Assembly: GCA_023390815.1 (NCBI GenBank)
Contig: JAEWCC010000007.1
Span: forward strand, 25,315-89,314
Origin: Bacillota bacterium
GTDB taxonomy: Bacteria > Bacillota > Clostridia > Christensenellales > SZUA-584
Direction of reading: 5' to 3'
DNA length: 64,000 bases
Position numbers and translations under genes: made by a program. Under the pieces are notes generated by a model. The model was given only the letters and a program-made list of their open reading frames with translations. It searched no databases and was not told where the DNA came from. Shown piece by piece: positions 25,101 through 33,435 of this stretch (the stretch's first letter is position 1; each line of letters begins with the position of its first letter).

Positions 25101-28064
25101 TCTGTGACGCGCACAGAAGCAGGAAGCAGTGAGGGCATGGCAGATATTGAATGGCCTGCGGCCGGAGGAATATATACGATTACGGCACAATATGTCCAAA
25201 ACGATATTTCTGACAGTTATTATACTACAGGTTACGGCCAGATTGCAGTTTACACAGTCTCCAGGGTTGATCAAGCAGCGCTATCTATCAACGATCCGGG
25301 GACAGTAATCTATGGAGACGCGCCTTTTAGCTTAATCGTCAGCGGCGGCAGCGGAACCGGAGCGCTCAGCTACGCAGTAACGTCGGGTGACGCTGTGAGC
25401 GTAAACGCAAGCGGACAGGTGACGATAAGAAAGGCGGGCACAGCAACCGTCACCGTAACCAAAGCCGCGGACAGCAATTATGAAGCGTCCCAGGCGACTC
25501 TTGATATCATGGTCGGTAAGGCAACGCCTGCGGCTGTGATTTTCCCGACATCAAGCGGTATCACTTACGGTGCAAAGCTTTCTTCGTCGGTATTGTCCGG
25601 CGGCAGCGGCGACGGAAGCTTCGCGTGGGAGAACCCGGACACTGTGCCGACTGTCAATAACAGCGGCTATCAAGTGATATTCACTCCTCGGGATGCTGCC
25701 AACTATGATTATTCAGGCGTTACGCTGGAGAGCACGGTCGATATATCGGTGAGCAAAGCAGTACCAACGGTGACATTTCCCACCGCGGAAACGATCACAT
25801 ACGGCGCAAAACTATCCGCCTCAGACTTGACGGGAGGCAGCGGTGACGGCAGCTTTGCATGGAAGAATCTAGATATCATACCGCCTGTGATAAACAGCGG
25901 CTATAGCGTGATATTTACACCAAGCGACACGGACAACTATCTCACGGTAGAGCGAAATGTGAGCATCATCGTAAACAAAGCCGAGCAGGCGGCGCTGGCT
26001 GTCAGCGGCATACCGGAGGTTATCCGTTATGGCGACGCGGATTTCGCAGTTAGTGTGAGCGGCGGCAACGGAGCCGGCGCACTCAGCTACCAAGTAACGT
26101 CGGGCGATGCCGTTGCTGTAGATGAGAACGGTAAAGTCAGCGTTCTTAAACCCGGCACGGCGGTACTGACGGTGACCAAGGCGGCCGACAGCAATTATAT
26201 CAGCCAGCAGCAGACTGCCCAAATCAGCGTGAGCAAAGGCATTCAAACCTCTTTATCGTTGTCCGGCATACCAAGCACCATCCGTTACGGAGACGCGCCT
26301 TTCGATCTGATCGTCAGCGGCGGCAGCGGTTCCGGAGCGCTCAGTTACGCGGTGATGTCGGGCGACGCCGTCAGTGTTGATGCGAACGGGCAGGTGACGG
26401 TGGAAAAGGCGGGCACGGCGACAGTTACGGTGATCAAAGCAACGGACATCAATTATGAAGCGGCCCAGGCGGCTATTGACATCACGGTCGATAAGGCAAC
26501 GCCTGCGGCTGTGATTTTCCCGTCATCCAGCAGCATCACATACGGTGCAAAACTGTCGACCTCGGTATTATCCGGCGGCAGCGGCGATGGCAGCTTCGCG
26601 TGGGAGACTCCGGACACTGTGCCCACTGTCAATAACAGCGGCTATAAAGTGATATTCACACCGCGGGATGTCGCCAACTATGATTATACGGGCATTGCGC
26701 CGGAGAGCATGGTCGATATATCGGTGAGCAAAGCGGTACCGACGGTAATTCTTCCGACATCAAGCGCTATCACATATGGCGCAAAATTGACGTCCTCGGT
26801 ATTATCCGGCGACAGCGGTGACGGCAGCTTTACATGGGAGAACCCGGACATCATACCGCCTGTGATGAACAGCGGCTACAATGTGGTATTTACGCCGAGC
26901 GATATAGAAAACTATCTAACGGTGAAGCAGATTGTGAGCATCAGCGTGAACAAAGCCGAGCAAGCGACGCTGTTGGTCAACGATATTCCGGAGGTTATCC
27001 GTTACGGCGATGCGGATTTTTCTGTCAGTGTGAGCGGTGGCAACGGAAGCGGTACTCTCAGTTATCAGATAACGTCGGGTGATGCCGTTTCTGTGGATGC
27101 GACAGGTAAAGTAAGCATTCTTAAGCCCGGTACAGCAGTACTGACGGTCACCAAGGCCGGTGACAGCAATTATATCGGTCAGCAAAAAACTGCCCAAATC
27201 AACGTGAGCAAAGGCATTCAAACCTCTTTATCGTTGTCCGGCATACCAAGCACCATCCTTTACGGAGATGTACCTTTCGATCTGATCGTCAGCGGCGGCA
27301 GCGGTACCGGAGCGCTCAGCTACGCAGTGACGTCGGGTGACGCTGTCAGCGTAAACGCAAGCGGACAGGTGACGGTGAAAAGGGCGGGCACCGCGATCGT
27401 TACCGTAACCAAGGCGGGAGATCATTTGTACAATAAAGCATCTGTGTCGGCGGAGGTTCAAGTCAAAGATGCAGTGCCGCTGGATAATTCGTCAAACGAG
27501 CCAACGCCTTTACCATCCGCTAAGCCGTCGTCTCCAACGCCCACCGCGCCTGCTGCGCCTTCATCTACACAGACACCGCTTCCCGATACAAGAACAATTA
27601 CGGGGACATTAGTTGATTCAAACGGTAATCCGTTGGTGGGGTACGTCGTTGAACTGCATTCTGACCCAATTACGACGATTACAGATGCGGACGGTCACTA
27701 TACGTTCTACAATGTGGATTATATAGACCATGAATTGATTGTGAAAACACCAAAGAGCGAGGAGATTGCAGCGTTTAAACTGTCATTCTTAGAAGGCGAT
27801 AAATTCACCACGAATATAATGAAAAAAGGCGTGGATATTACGTTCACAAAAAGCACGGTAACGGTAGATATTCAGGTTGTCGTGGAGGCGAGCCAAAGCT
27901 GTGCGGCAATCTCGCAGGTTTTGGGTAACGATATTCCGAGAACAAGCGATAGCTTTTGGGGTATCGGCACACTACTATGGATCGGCGGCATTGTCGTTTT
28001 AATCATCATTACAGCGTTGTTCATCATTTTACGAAAAAGAAAAGTCAATGATATTTACGATTAA
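22128..28064 (+). CDS. Giant cell-surface protein: Gly-rich beta-helix repeats, Ig-like/MBG-type repeats, C-terminal membrane anchor
   Basis: Start moved to the ATG at 22128 (MKKKLLALLLCIGLMLIFLPQTVQA signal peptide, RBS AAGGGGGAAGAGG). ~25 GxGAGIGGG...GGTITIxGGTVxA units. Repeated YGDAPF/ITYGAKL Ig-like modules. P/S/T linker. CarboxypepD-reg/Cna-B-like domain (ITGTLVDSNGNPLVGYVVEL). TM anchor LLWIGGIVVLIIITALFIILRKRK. Confidence 0.8.
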   Translation: MKKKLLALLLCIGLMLIFLPQTVQAADDYTYIDQNGATKTTEGLTVTPITADTATLATGWYVVDSDVTRDGTITVSGDVHLILMDGFTLTVTGSTDNAGMRVSPGNSLNVYGQAARTGTLDAQGGLNGAGMGGGKNSSSGSITINSGFVTAIGGNYGAGIGGGYYGNGGTINVAGGTVNATGGNAGLVIEGTSLYTGAGIGGGYNGAGGTITISGGTINAVSGPADTATGAGIGGGSGKDGGTITISDGIVTARSARNGAGIGGGYFGSGGTIAINGGNITASTPYRAAGIGGGDMRDGGSITIRGGTINAYSEYGGSGIGGGYLATGGTINIQGGNITASGGTWGAGVGSGGEYNAGNITVSGGVITANGGDFAAGIGAGGTNSANSHNGGTIKILGGKVTAKGGASGMDAGLDIGRGRNGINGTVLIDNAAQVTLAANGIDSSVTTVGTCILQGSASGSLLGAYEDGTKIEGALIDVSNPSLTSGTDYTVSGDTVTLSGSGNSYVLFGSTTSRNVVVSSGSSANIALFAADIRPASGCALNMTGATVNMRLVESNTLTSTSGFAGLQAPAGSVLTINGSATATLTTQGSADAAGIGGSSNNSGGTITINSGTVIATGGSRGAGIGGGYYYSTGGTITINGGTVKARGGSGAAGIGGGDRGSGGSITINGGTVEAWGGAASVSSGAGIGGGVFGNGGTITIISGTVIAHGGGDGAGIGGGSSSSGGNINISGGNVNAYGGSYGAGIGGGWAGSAGNIFISGGTVMAQGGSNGSGIGGGGRGGTGGSVAISGGTITAYGGSAGYYGGGGAGVGGGGGTGSIGNGGASGEVTISGSAAVTARGIDGGAGIGGGGTGGGVGGAGGTLSADGANVTVSATGSGNGYDIGSGNSNTTGGSLSVTNNAAVMMNLNGTNANASFITGTVGGDGAGLKAGTYLNAQKLLSFSAVNVSPSSGADAFDTVTLNAVVDGISDTLPEGLISFKVNGEEIGQCSVTRTEAGSSEGMADIEWPAAGGIYTITAQYVQNDISDSYYTTGYGQIAVYTVSRVDQAALSINDPGTVIYGDAPFSLIVSGGSGTGALSYAVTSGDAVSVNASGQVTIRKAGTATVTVTKAADSNYEASQATLDIMVGKATPAAVIFPTSSGITYGAKLSSSVLSGGSGDGSFAWENPDTVPTVNNSGYQVIFTPRDAANYDYSGVTLESTVDISVSKAVPTVTFPTAETITYGAKLSASDLTGGSGDGSFAWKNLDIIPPVINSGYSVIFTPSDTDNYLTVERNVSIIVNKAEQAALAVSGIPEVIRYGDADFAVSVSGGNGAGALSYQVTSGDAVAVDENGKVSVLKPGTAVLTVTKAADSNYISQQQTAQISVSKGIQTSLSLSGIPSTIRYGDAPFDLIVSGGSGSGALSYAVMSGDAVSVDANGQVTVEKAGTATVTVIKATDINYEAAQAAIDITVDKATPAAVIFPSSSSITYGAKLSTSVLSGGSGDGSFAWETPDTVPTVNNSGYKVIFTPRDVANYDYTGIAPESMVDISVSKAVPTVILPTSSAITYGAKLTSSVLSGDSGDGSFTWENPDIIPPVMNSGYNVVFTPSDIENYLTVKQIVSISVNKAEQATLLVNDIPEVIRYGDADFSVSVSGGNGSGTLSYQITSGDAVSVDATGKVSILKPGTAVLTVTKAGDSNYIGQQKTAQINVSKGIQTSLSLSGIPSTILYGDVPFDLIVSGGSGTGALSYAVTSGDAVSVNASGQVTVKRAGTAIVTVTKAGDHLYNKASVSAEVQVKDAVPLDNSSNEPTPLPSAKPSSPTPTAPAAPSSTQTPLPDTRTITGTLVDSNGNPLVGYVVELHSDPITTITDADGHYTFYNVDYIDHELIVKTPKSEEIAAFKLSFLEGDKFTTNIMKKGVDITFTKSTVTVDIQVVVEASQSCAAISQVLGNDIPRTSDSFWGIGTLLWIGGIVVLIIITALFIILRKRKVNDIYD
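25263..27470 (+). repeat. Intragenic tandem repeat, ~975-bp unit, ~2.3 copies
   Basis: GGCATTCAAACCTCTTTATCGTTGTCCGGCATACCAAGCACCATCC occurs at 26238 and 27213 (period 975 bp). The protein unit of ~325 aa (four Ig-like modules) is repeated. Confidence 0.85.
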
Positions 28065-28072
28065 GTTATTAT

Positions 28073-28096
28073 GGGCAGCGTATAGATGCGCTGCTC
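28073..28096 (+). terminator. Weak terminator hairpin after the surface-protein gene
   Basis: GGGCAGCG / CGCTGCTC stem (one G-U pair) with an 8-nt loop, 9 nt after the stop. The T-tract is poor. Confidence 0.35.
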
Positions 28097-28294
28097 AATT
28101 TCAACTCTTTCGTAAATTTATATTGAAACTCAAACAAAACAACTCTTTTATTGACGAAAAGAGATTTGTTAGGAAATCCGGTGATTGAGCGGATGAATGC
28201 TTTTACACCAGAAGGGCTATATTCGAGAAAAGAGGGCTGCTTAATCCAAACTCTCTTAAAAAATTCTCGAGCGGCTGGACAGCCAATTTTGTTT

Positions 28295-28337
28295 TACTAC
28301 ATTTATACTACATTTATACTATATTTTCTGTAGTATA
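28295..28337. repeat. TACTACATTTA direct repeats plus inverted TACTA/TAGTA; partial echo of repeat R2 long form
   Basis: TACTACATTTA x2 (28295, 28306), then TACTATATTTTCTGTAGTA. The same TACTACATTT..TACTACAC motif occurs inside R2 copies at 21029 and about 33738. Confidence 0.6.
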
Positions 28338-28659
28338 GCATGGATTTTGAGGGGATTTATAGACTAAGTAGACACAGTAGAATCGCTCAAAACCGCTTCA
28401 AATAGGCACTTTCGGCTTCCTGCCTTGCGTATTTCGAACCATAGGCCTACCGCCTCCTAAATGAAATGAAATTACTATGTTGTAATATTAATTTCTCAAA
28501 GTCTCTCTTAAACATATTGAGACTAGAATACGGGAGAGCTGAAACCAGCCCTCCCGTTCAGGTTAACCAGATATTTTTTTCTTTTCCATTTGTTTATTCT
28601 CTAATTGTATCCGCGCCTTTTCCGTCGCATATTAATTGCTACCTCCAAATAGTCAAAGG

Positions 28660-29856
28660 TCACCTTTCGCGCTCATCGCGCTTTCTGCCATTTCGACGTA
28701 AATTGCGCCTAGCTTCACGTTCTTCACGATCCTTCAAGAAGATATCGGAAATAACCTCCTTAATGCGCTGCGGGGCTAGCTTCATAGCCTGTAAAAAACC
28801 ACTTGTCTGTTCGTACAATTGCTCCCAACTGAGCTGCGAACTAAATAGCTGCGATGAAGTATCGCGCAGCTGCCGTGTCAAATCAGCTATCTTGCCTCGG
28901 GTAAGAACGCCTTCTTTTGTGAGTGATATAACCTCCTTGAAATCCTGTTCAAGAAGAGTCACTTTGCCAAACATCTTTTTCCGGCCCAGTTCGTCAAGTT
29001 CATGAAACGACTTGCTGGTCTGCCGCTCTACAACGAGTTGATTGAAAACAGTAGCCAGCTCCTTTTGTTGTGCCTCCACCTCTTGCTCGATGCGCGCCAG
29101 TTTTGCGTTGTCTTGCTGAATCTTGTAAGCCAACACCGATAAGTACTGTATCGTACTGCCGCGAATGCCGCGCTCAAAGTCTTTAAACCCGGCGCTCCTC
29201 ATATGCTCAAAGAACCTATCTTGCAGGAGTGAATAGGAAGGGATCAGCACAGCTTTTCCGTCCTCTGTCCGTATCGGTTCGCCGTTCTCATTCAACGCTT
29301 TTATTGATGCCCACTTTTTTGAGTGGCTGACCTGATGAATCACCTCCTTGACTGCGCCGACCAGTGACTTGTCCTTACAGCGCTTTGTCCAGCGTATTTC
29401 CTTCTCCACCACAGGGATATACACAACGTGCAGATGATAGTGATATACATCCCGGCTAAGCTCCTCTGACAGGTTTTTGTTGCGCTCGTCAGCATGCATG
29501 ACTGCCGAAAGAATATACTGCTCTCCGCCCACCTCCTGAACAGCCATGTTGTACGTCTCAGTGAAGAAATCCTTTGCATATTCATAGCCGCCATGTTTTT
29601 CAAAATACATTGTGTTGACGTCAAACACCATTTCTGCAAATACATCTGCATCCGGCTTTAACCCGCGTGTGCTGATTGTTCCATCTTCAAGCAATTTGTC
29701 AAACGCTTGAGTATAAGTGCCGTCGCAGCCTCTAAAACGGATATTAAGATGGCTTCTATCCTGTACAATGTCGGGATTTGAATAGACTTCGTTCTTGCGT
29801 TCATTATGGCGCTCACGAATAGAGAAGTTGTTGCGTGGATACGCTTTGTTTCTCAC
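28660..29856 (-). CDS. MobV-family (Mob_Pre) relaxase / plasmid recombination enzyme
   Basis: RERHNERKNEVYSNPDIVQDRSHLN (HNxR, SRSHLN-type motifs) and MHADE...YHYHLHVVYIPV (HxDE...HxH). GTG start. The N-terminus appears ~5 aa shorter than canonical MobV and no ATG is available upstream. Confidence 0.8.
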   Translation of the reverse strand: MRNKAYPRNNFSIRERHNERKNEVYSNPDIVQDRSHLNIRFRGCDGTYTQAFDKLLEDGTISTRGLKPDADVFAEMVFDVNTMYFEKHGGYEYAKDFFTETYNMAVQEVGGEQYILSAVMHADERNKNLSEELSRDVYHYHLHVVYIPVVEKEIRWTKRCKDKSLVGAVKEVIHQVSHSKKWASIKALNENGEPIRTEDGKAVLIPSYSLLQDRFFEHMRSAGFKDFERGIRGSTIQYLSVLAYKIQQDNAKLARIEQEVEAQQKELATVFNQLVVERQTSKSFHELDELGRKKMFGKVTLLEQDFKEVISLTKEGVLTRGKIADLTRQLRDTSSQLFSSQLSWEQLYEQTSGFLQAMKLAPQRIKEVISDIFLKDREEREARRNLRRNGRKRDERER

Positions 29857-29921
29857 GACCGTGCGATCAATCTTTGAAATACAACATCACTTCCTTTCAT
29901 CATCGTAGCTGGGGAGACGGG

Positions 29922-29974
29922 CACTTCCGTAGGAAGTGTATTACCCACTATGACACTTTCAGACGAGCTGAAAG
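29922..29974. promoter_or_regulatory. Candidate oriT hairpins upstream of the relaxase gene
   Basis: CACTTCC-GTA-GGAAGTG (29922-29938), followed by TATTACC. CTTTCAG-ACGAG-CTGAAAG (29956-29974). An extra CACTTCC sits at 29888. MobV oriTs normally lie just upstream of mob. Confidence 0.4.
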
Positions 29975-30060
29975 ATGCCATGTGGGCGCTCCCGCGGGGC
30001 TCTGCGAGGCTTATAGCACCTCGGCATTCTGCAAAACATCCAATACGCTGAAAACAAATA

Positions 30061-30612
30061 ATGCACCATAAAGGTGCAAATATTTGTTGCTTGATCAGAT
30101 TAATTCGCAGCTTACGAGGAATGACCCAGAAATACTTGGGCATGTCCATTGGTTTTGATGAAAAGACCGCTGATATTCGCATGGCACAATATGAGTCTGG
30201 CACCAGAACGCCGAAGGAAAAGCTGGTGACTGATCTTGCCAATGCCTTGGAAGTCAGTCCAAAGGCACTAGATGTTCCCGAAATCGACAGCCATATCGGG
30301 CTCATGCATACGCTGTTTGCCATGGAGGACTTGTACGGCCTTAATATCAACAGCATTGACGGTGAACTATGCCTGACGCTTAATAAAACCAACGGGAACA
30401 CCTACCTTTCCATGTTTGACATGTTGAACGCTTGGCAGCTTGAAGCCGATAAGCTCAAACGCGGTGAAATCACCAAAGAGGAATACGATGATTGGCGTTA
30501 TAACTATCCTCGTATTATGGCCGAGAGACTAAAAGCTGAACTTGATGCTCACCGAACAGAGAAATACGCTGAATCCACGAATAACCAGCATAACAACAAA
30601 AAAGCCAATTGA
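30061..30612 (+). CDS. XRE-family helix-turn-helix protein
   Basis: LIRLIRSLRGMTQKYLGMSIGFDEKTADIRMAQYESGTRTPKEKLVTDLANALEVSPKAL. Divergent from the relaxase. Its last codons run into repeat R1. Confidence 0.75.
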   Translation: MHHKGANICCLIRLIRSLRGMTQKYLGMSIGFDEKTADIRMAQYESGTRTPKEKLVTDLANALEVSPKALDVPEIDSHIGLMHTLFAMEDLYGLNINSIDGELCLTLNKTNGNTYLSMFDMLNAWQLEADKLKRGEITKEEYDDWRYNYPRIMAERLKAELDAHRTEKYAESTNNQHNNKKAN

Positions 30613-30670
30613 CACTTAAAATCAGTTAGCTCTTTTATATGGATCATACAATCAATGTTGCCAAAACGTT
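30595..30670. repeat. Repeat R1, right copy (partner 12329..12406)
   Basis: See 12329..12406. Same orientation. Confidence 0.85.
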
Positions 30671-30735
30671 AAAACAGGGCTATTTGATGAGACGGAAAGC
30701 CGCATGATGAGTGGCATCTCCGCTGCGCGGATTTA

Positions 30736-30805
30736 CTCCCGCTCGCTCCTTGAAATCGTTTCTAATATTCTTTTATAGGATATGGCTCATGGTTTTAATT
30801 TTATC
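30736..30805. repeat. Repeat R2 short form, copy 2
   Basis: CTCCCGCTCGCTCCTTGAAATCGTTTCTAATATTCTTTTATAGGATATGGCTCATGG... aligns with 12461..12537. Confidence 0.7.
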
Positions 30806-30816
30806 TTTGAAACAAT

Positions 30817-31767
30817 CTATCTATAATCAGATGCTTCCTCTTCATATTCCATCAGTTGTATGATTTGAGCCTTGCACTCTATTAGTTTCTCCCAATCATT
30901 CTCAGAGAAAAGCGACTTGTATTGCAGAATTAAAAACATAGCAATTTGGACTGAATGTTTTTTTTCATCTTCTTTTAGTTGATTTTCACGTTTTTCCAAG
31001 CCGTCTATACTTCTCATGTCTTTACGCGCGGTATCCTTCATTTTATTATCACTTAAAAGACATAAAACATTTGATATTACTCTAATCATTCGATACGCCA
31101 AGTTAAGAGTTTGTTGCCCCAAATCTTTGTCCATCAAAGGCTTTCTGCAGATTAAGGTAATGAAAATCGACAATTCTCGGAAATATAACTCAACGCTCCC
31201 GGTTGCTTGTGCGTTTTTTACCATTTGCTTTATGGCTAGGTTCTCCTCATTATTTTTGAATTTCAAATTTTGGCTAATATTAGTATTCGAGGTGCAGTAA
31301 TTGGCCGGTTTTGTTATGTAAAATAATAGTGCTCTATATGCGCGCCCAATCATAGGAAGTCTTGTGCTTATTATTCTTTGCGTTGATTCAATTTTCTCAA
31401 GTAACGTTTTTATTTCTTTTACACCTTCACATTTTTCTAATCCCATATAAACAGAAAGAGCTTTATAGTTCGATGAGTCTTCAGATAGCATCCATTTACT
31501 AAAAGATTCAATTGTATGCCCCTCGAACATTGGTTTCATTTCTTGCGCAATGCTATTCCCGATTGCTGCAAATAGCGATTCTGACAAAAGTCGATTTAAT
31601 TGTTTACAATAAACCGGTAGAGCAATCAAAGCATCACGCAATTGTTGGAAATTTTTCTCATCGTTTGTCTTCATATAAACTTTAATTGCCCATAATAATG
31701 AAAAGAATGCAGCAAGTGCACCAATTGCTTCAACAATCCGAATAAGAATATCAATGGTTATCTTCAC
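30817..31767 (-). CDS. Membrane-anchored alpha-helical protein of unknown function (partner of Lon-like ATPase)
   Basis: GTG start preceded by AAGGAGA, 11 nt after the upstream stop. N-terminal TM IVEAIGALAAFFSLLWAIKVY. 316 aa. Very AT-rich. Confidence 0.65.
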   Translation of the reverse strand: MKITIDILIRIVEAIGALAAFFSLLWAIKVYMKTNDEKNFQQLRDALIALPVYCKQLNRLLSESLFAAIGNSIAQEMKPMFEGHTIESFSKWMLSEDSSNYKALSVYMGLEKCEGVKEIKTLLEKIESTQRIISTRLPMIGRAYRALLFYITKPANYCTSNTNISQNLKFKNNEENLAIKQMVKNAQATGSVELYFRELSIFITLICRKPLMDKDLGQQTLNLAYRMIRVISNVLCLLSDNKMKDTARKDMRSIDGLEKRENQLKEDEKKHSVQIAMFLILQYKSLFSENDWEKLIECKAQIIQLMEYEEEASDYR

Positions 31768-31778
31768 AACTGTTCTCC

Positions 31779-33122
31779 TTATATATATTTTTCCTTATAT
31801 AGTTTTTTATTCTTTATTTCTTTCTTTTTAAAAATTGGTGCTTCGACTGTTTGTTCTTCATAATGTATTGTAGATAACATTTTTTTCATGTTGTCAATAG
31901 TAATTTTATCAACCATTTCTCCTGTAGAATAATAAAGACTTATAACCGCTTGACATAGCTGATTAAAATATCTTTTCAACGACCTTACTCCTGGTTCATT
32001 TGTAAGATTATCAATTATATATTCTATCACATTATCGTCAATACTTAATGTGTACGGATTACATAATACACCATTATTGTTTGGTAAATTGATATTTCCA
32101 AGTTTATTTTCTTGAATTAAACTAGGCCATATATATCTTTTTGAAATAGCAATTTTCTCTTCGCGTGTATATTCATTCAATTCTACTACCTCCAATCTAT
32201 CAATTAGAATGGGGGATATCGTGCTCAATGTATTCGCTGTAGCAATAAAAAGTATTTTACTAATATCTATCGAAACTCCAAAAGAATCATCAATGAAATT
32301 TGTGCGATCACTATCTAAGATGTTAATTAAAGCGTTTACTGGATCTCCATTTTCTGTGGATTGACCCATTTTATCAATTTCATCTAACAGTATCAATGGT
32401 GACATATGTTTAGCGTTAATTATTGCTTCAATTATTTTCCCGGGTTTTGAGTTGCTAAAAACAGTACTTGTACCACTTAATGCGACAGCATCAGATAAAC
32501 CCGCTAATGAAATTTTAACGAAAGGTCGTCCCATCGCTTCAGCTATAGAAGCGGCAATTGACGTCTTGCCCACCCCCGGTGGACCAATTAATAGGAGTAC
32601 AGCACCGTAATCATCTCCAATATGTTTTTGACATGCAATATACCTTAGAATTTTTTCTTTCACTGTAACCATGCCATAGTGAGTCTTATCTAACAAATCT
32701 TTTGCTTCAGGTATGCTAATATTGTTAATCATCTCATTCCCCCAGGGAATTCTGGATAGGTATACAATCTGTGATTCTTTAATTTCTCCTTCTTTTGAAT
32801 CTATTAGATACGATTGGACATTTTGAGGCATTTGTAAAAATAAATCCATCGAAATCAGTCGTCTGATTTTATTATTCAATTTATAATATGAATCGACATC
32901 TGTATTACTTATCCATGGAATACTGTTTAAACTTTTAAGAATATTTTCGCTTAATTCTTGGGAACCACTCTTTGTTAAGTATTCTTTAAATCCAATCGGA
33001 CAATTAGCATAGGTTGTATATGTGATGTGATCTTTTAAAGAACTATCTAAATTCATATACTCTTCGAAAAGGTCTCCCATTTTATTTTCTCCATTCCCAT
33101 TCATTGAAGATATTGATTGCAT
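31779..33122 (-). CDS. Lon-like AAA+ ATPase lacking N-terminal LAN and C-terminal protease domains
   Basis: Collinear with the LonA ATPase module: HYGMVTVKEKILRYIA, Walker A GPPGVGKTS, SLAGL...PGKIIEA, Walker B LILLDEIDKM, FIATAN, LIDRLEVVEL, EPGVRSLKR. Ends ~60 aa later with no Ser-Lys protease domain. An alternative start is MGDLFEEY at 33080 with a GGAG RBS. Confidence 0.8.
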   Translation of the reverse strand: MQSISSMNGNGENKMGDLFEEYMNLDSSLKDHITYTTYANCPIGFKEYLTKSGSQELSENILKSLNSIPWISNTDVDSYYKLNNKIRRLISMDLFLQMPQNVQSYLIDSKEGEIKESQIVYLSRIPWGNEMINNISIPEAKDLLDKTHYGMVTVKEKILRYIACQKHIGDDYGAVLLLIGPPGVGKTSIAASIAEAMGRPFVKISLAGLSDAVALSGTSTVFSNSKPGKIIEAIINAKHMSPLILLDEIDKMGQSTENGDPVNALINILDSDRTNFIDDSFGVSIDISKILFIATANTLSTISPILIDRLEVVELNEYTREEKIAISKRYIWPSLIQENKLGNINLPNNNGVLCNPYTLSIDDNVIEYIIDNLTNEPGVRSLKRYFNQLCQAVISLYYSTGEMVDKITIDNMKKMLSTIHYEEQTVEAPIFKKKEIKNKKLYKEKYI

Positions 33123-33435
33123 TATTTATACTTATTAAGAACACGGGTAGTTAGGTTGGTAATATTTTAAAATATTTTATCATATTATATTACATATGGC
33201 AAATTATTATCAAATGTTGTTAATACTTGTGATGTTAACGTTGTTGTACAAAATGTTAAAGGTTGCCTGGCTACTGGACGGGAGTTTGTCTTATTTTGCG
33301 ACTGCTCCTCCACAATCTTATTCCACTGCAATTCTATGTCCGCTAAACAATCAACGCCCCGTCTTCTGCTGAAAACGGGGCGTTTGTCACTTGCCTGACG
33401 CCGCAATTCTGCGGTGTCTTTTGTATAAGTAAATC

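Noticed and set aside
28466-29005. 179-aa plus-strand ORF
   Set aside because: It starts in AT-rich non-coding DNA and then runs antisense to the relaxase 3' end. The product is Ser/Leu/Arg-rich with no motif.
29853-30401. 182-aa minus-strand ORF overlapping the XRE gene
   Set aside because: The plus-strand frame gives a textbook HTH. The minus ORF has no motif. Its last residues merely border the relaxase start region.
33185-33406. 73-aa minus-strand ORF upstream of the Lon-like gene
   Set aside because: It spans two terminator-like hairpins, has no RBS or recognisable fold, and changes composition mid-ORF. It may be a fossil fragment at most.
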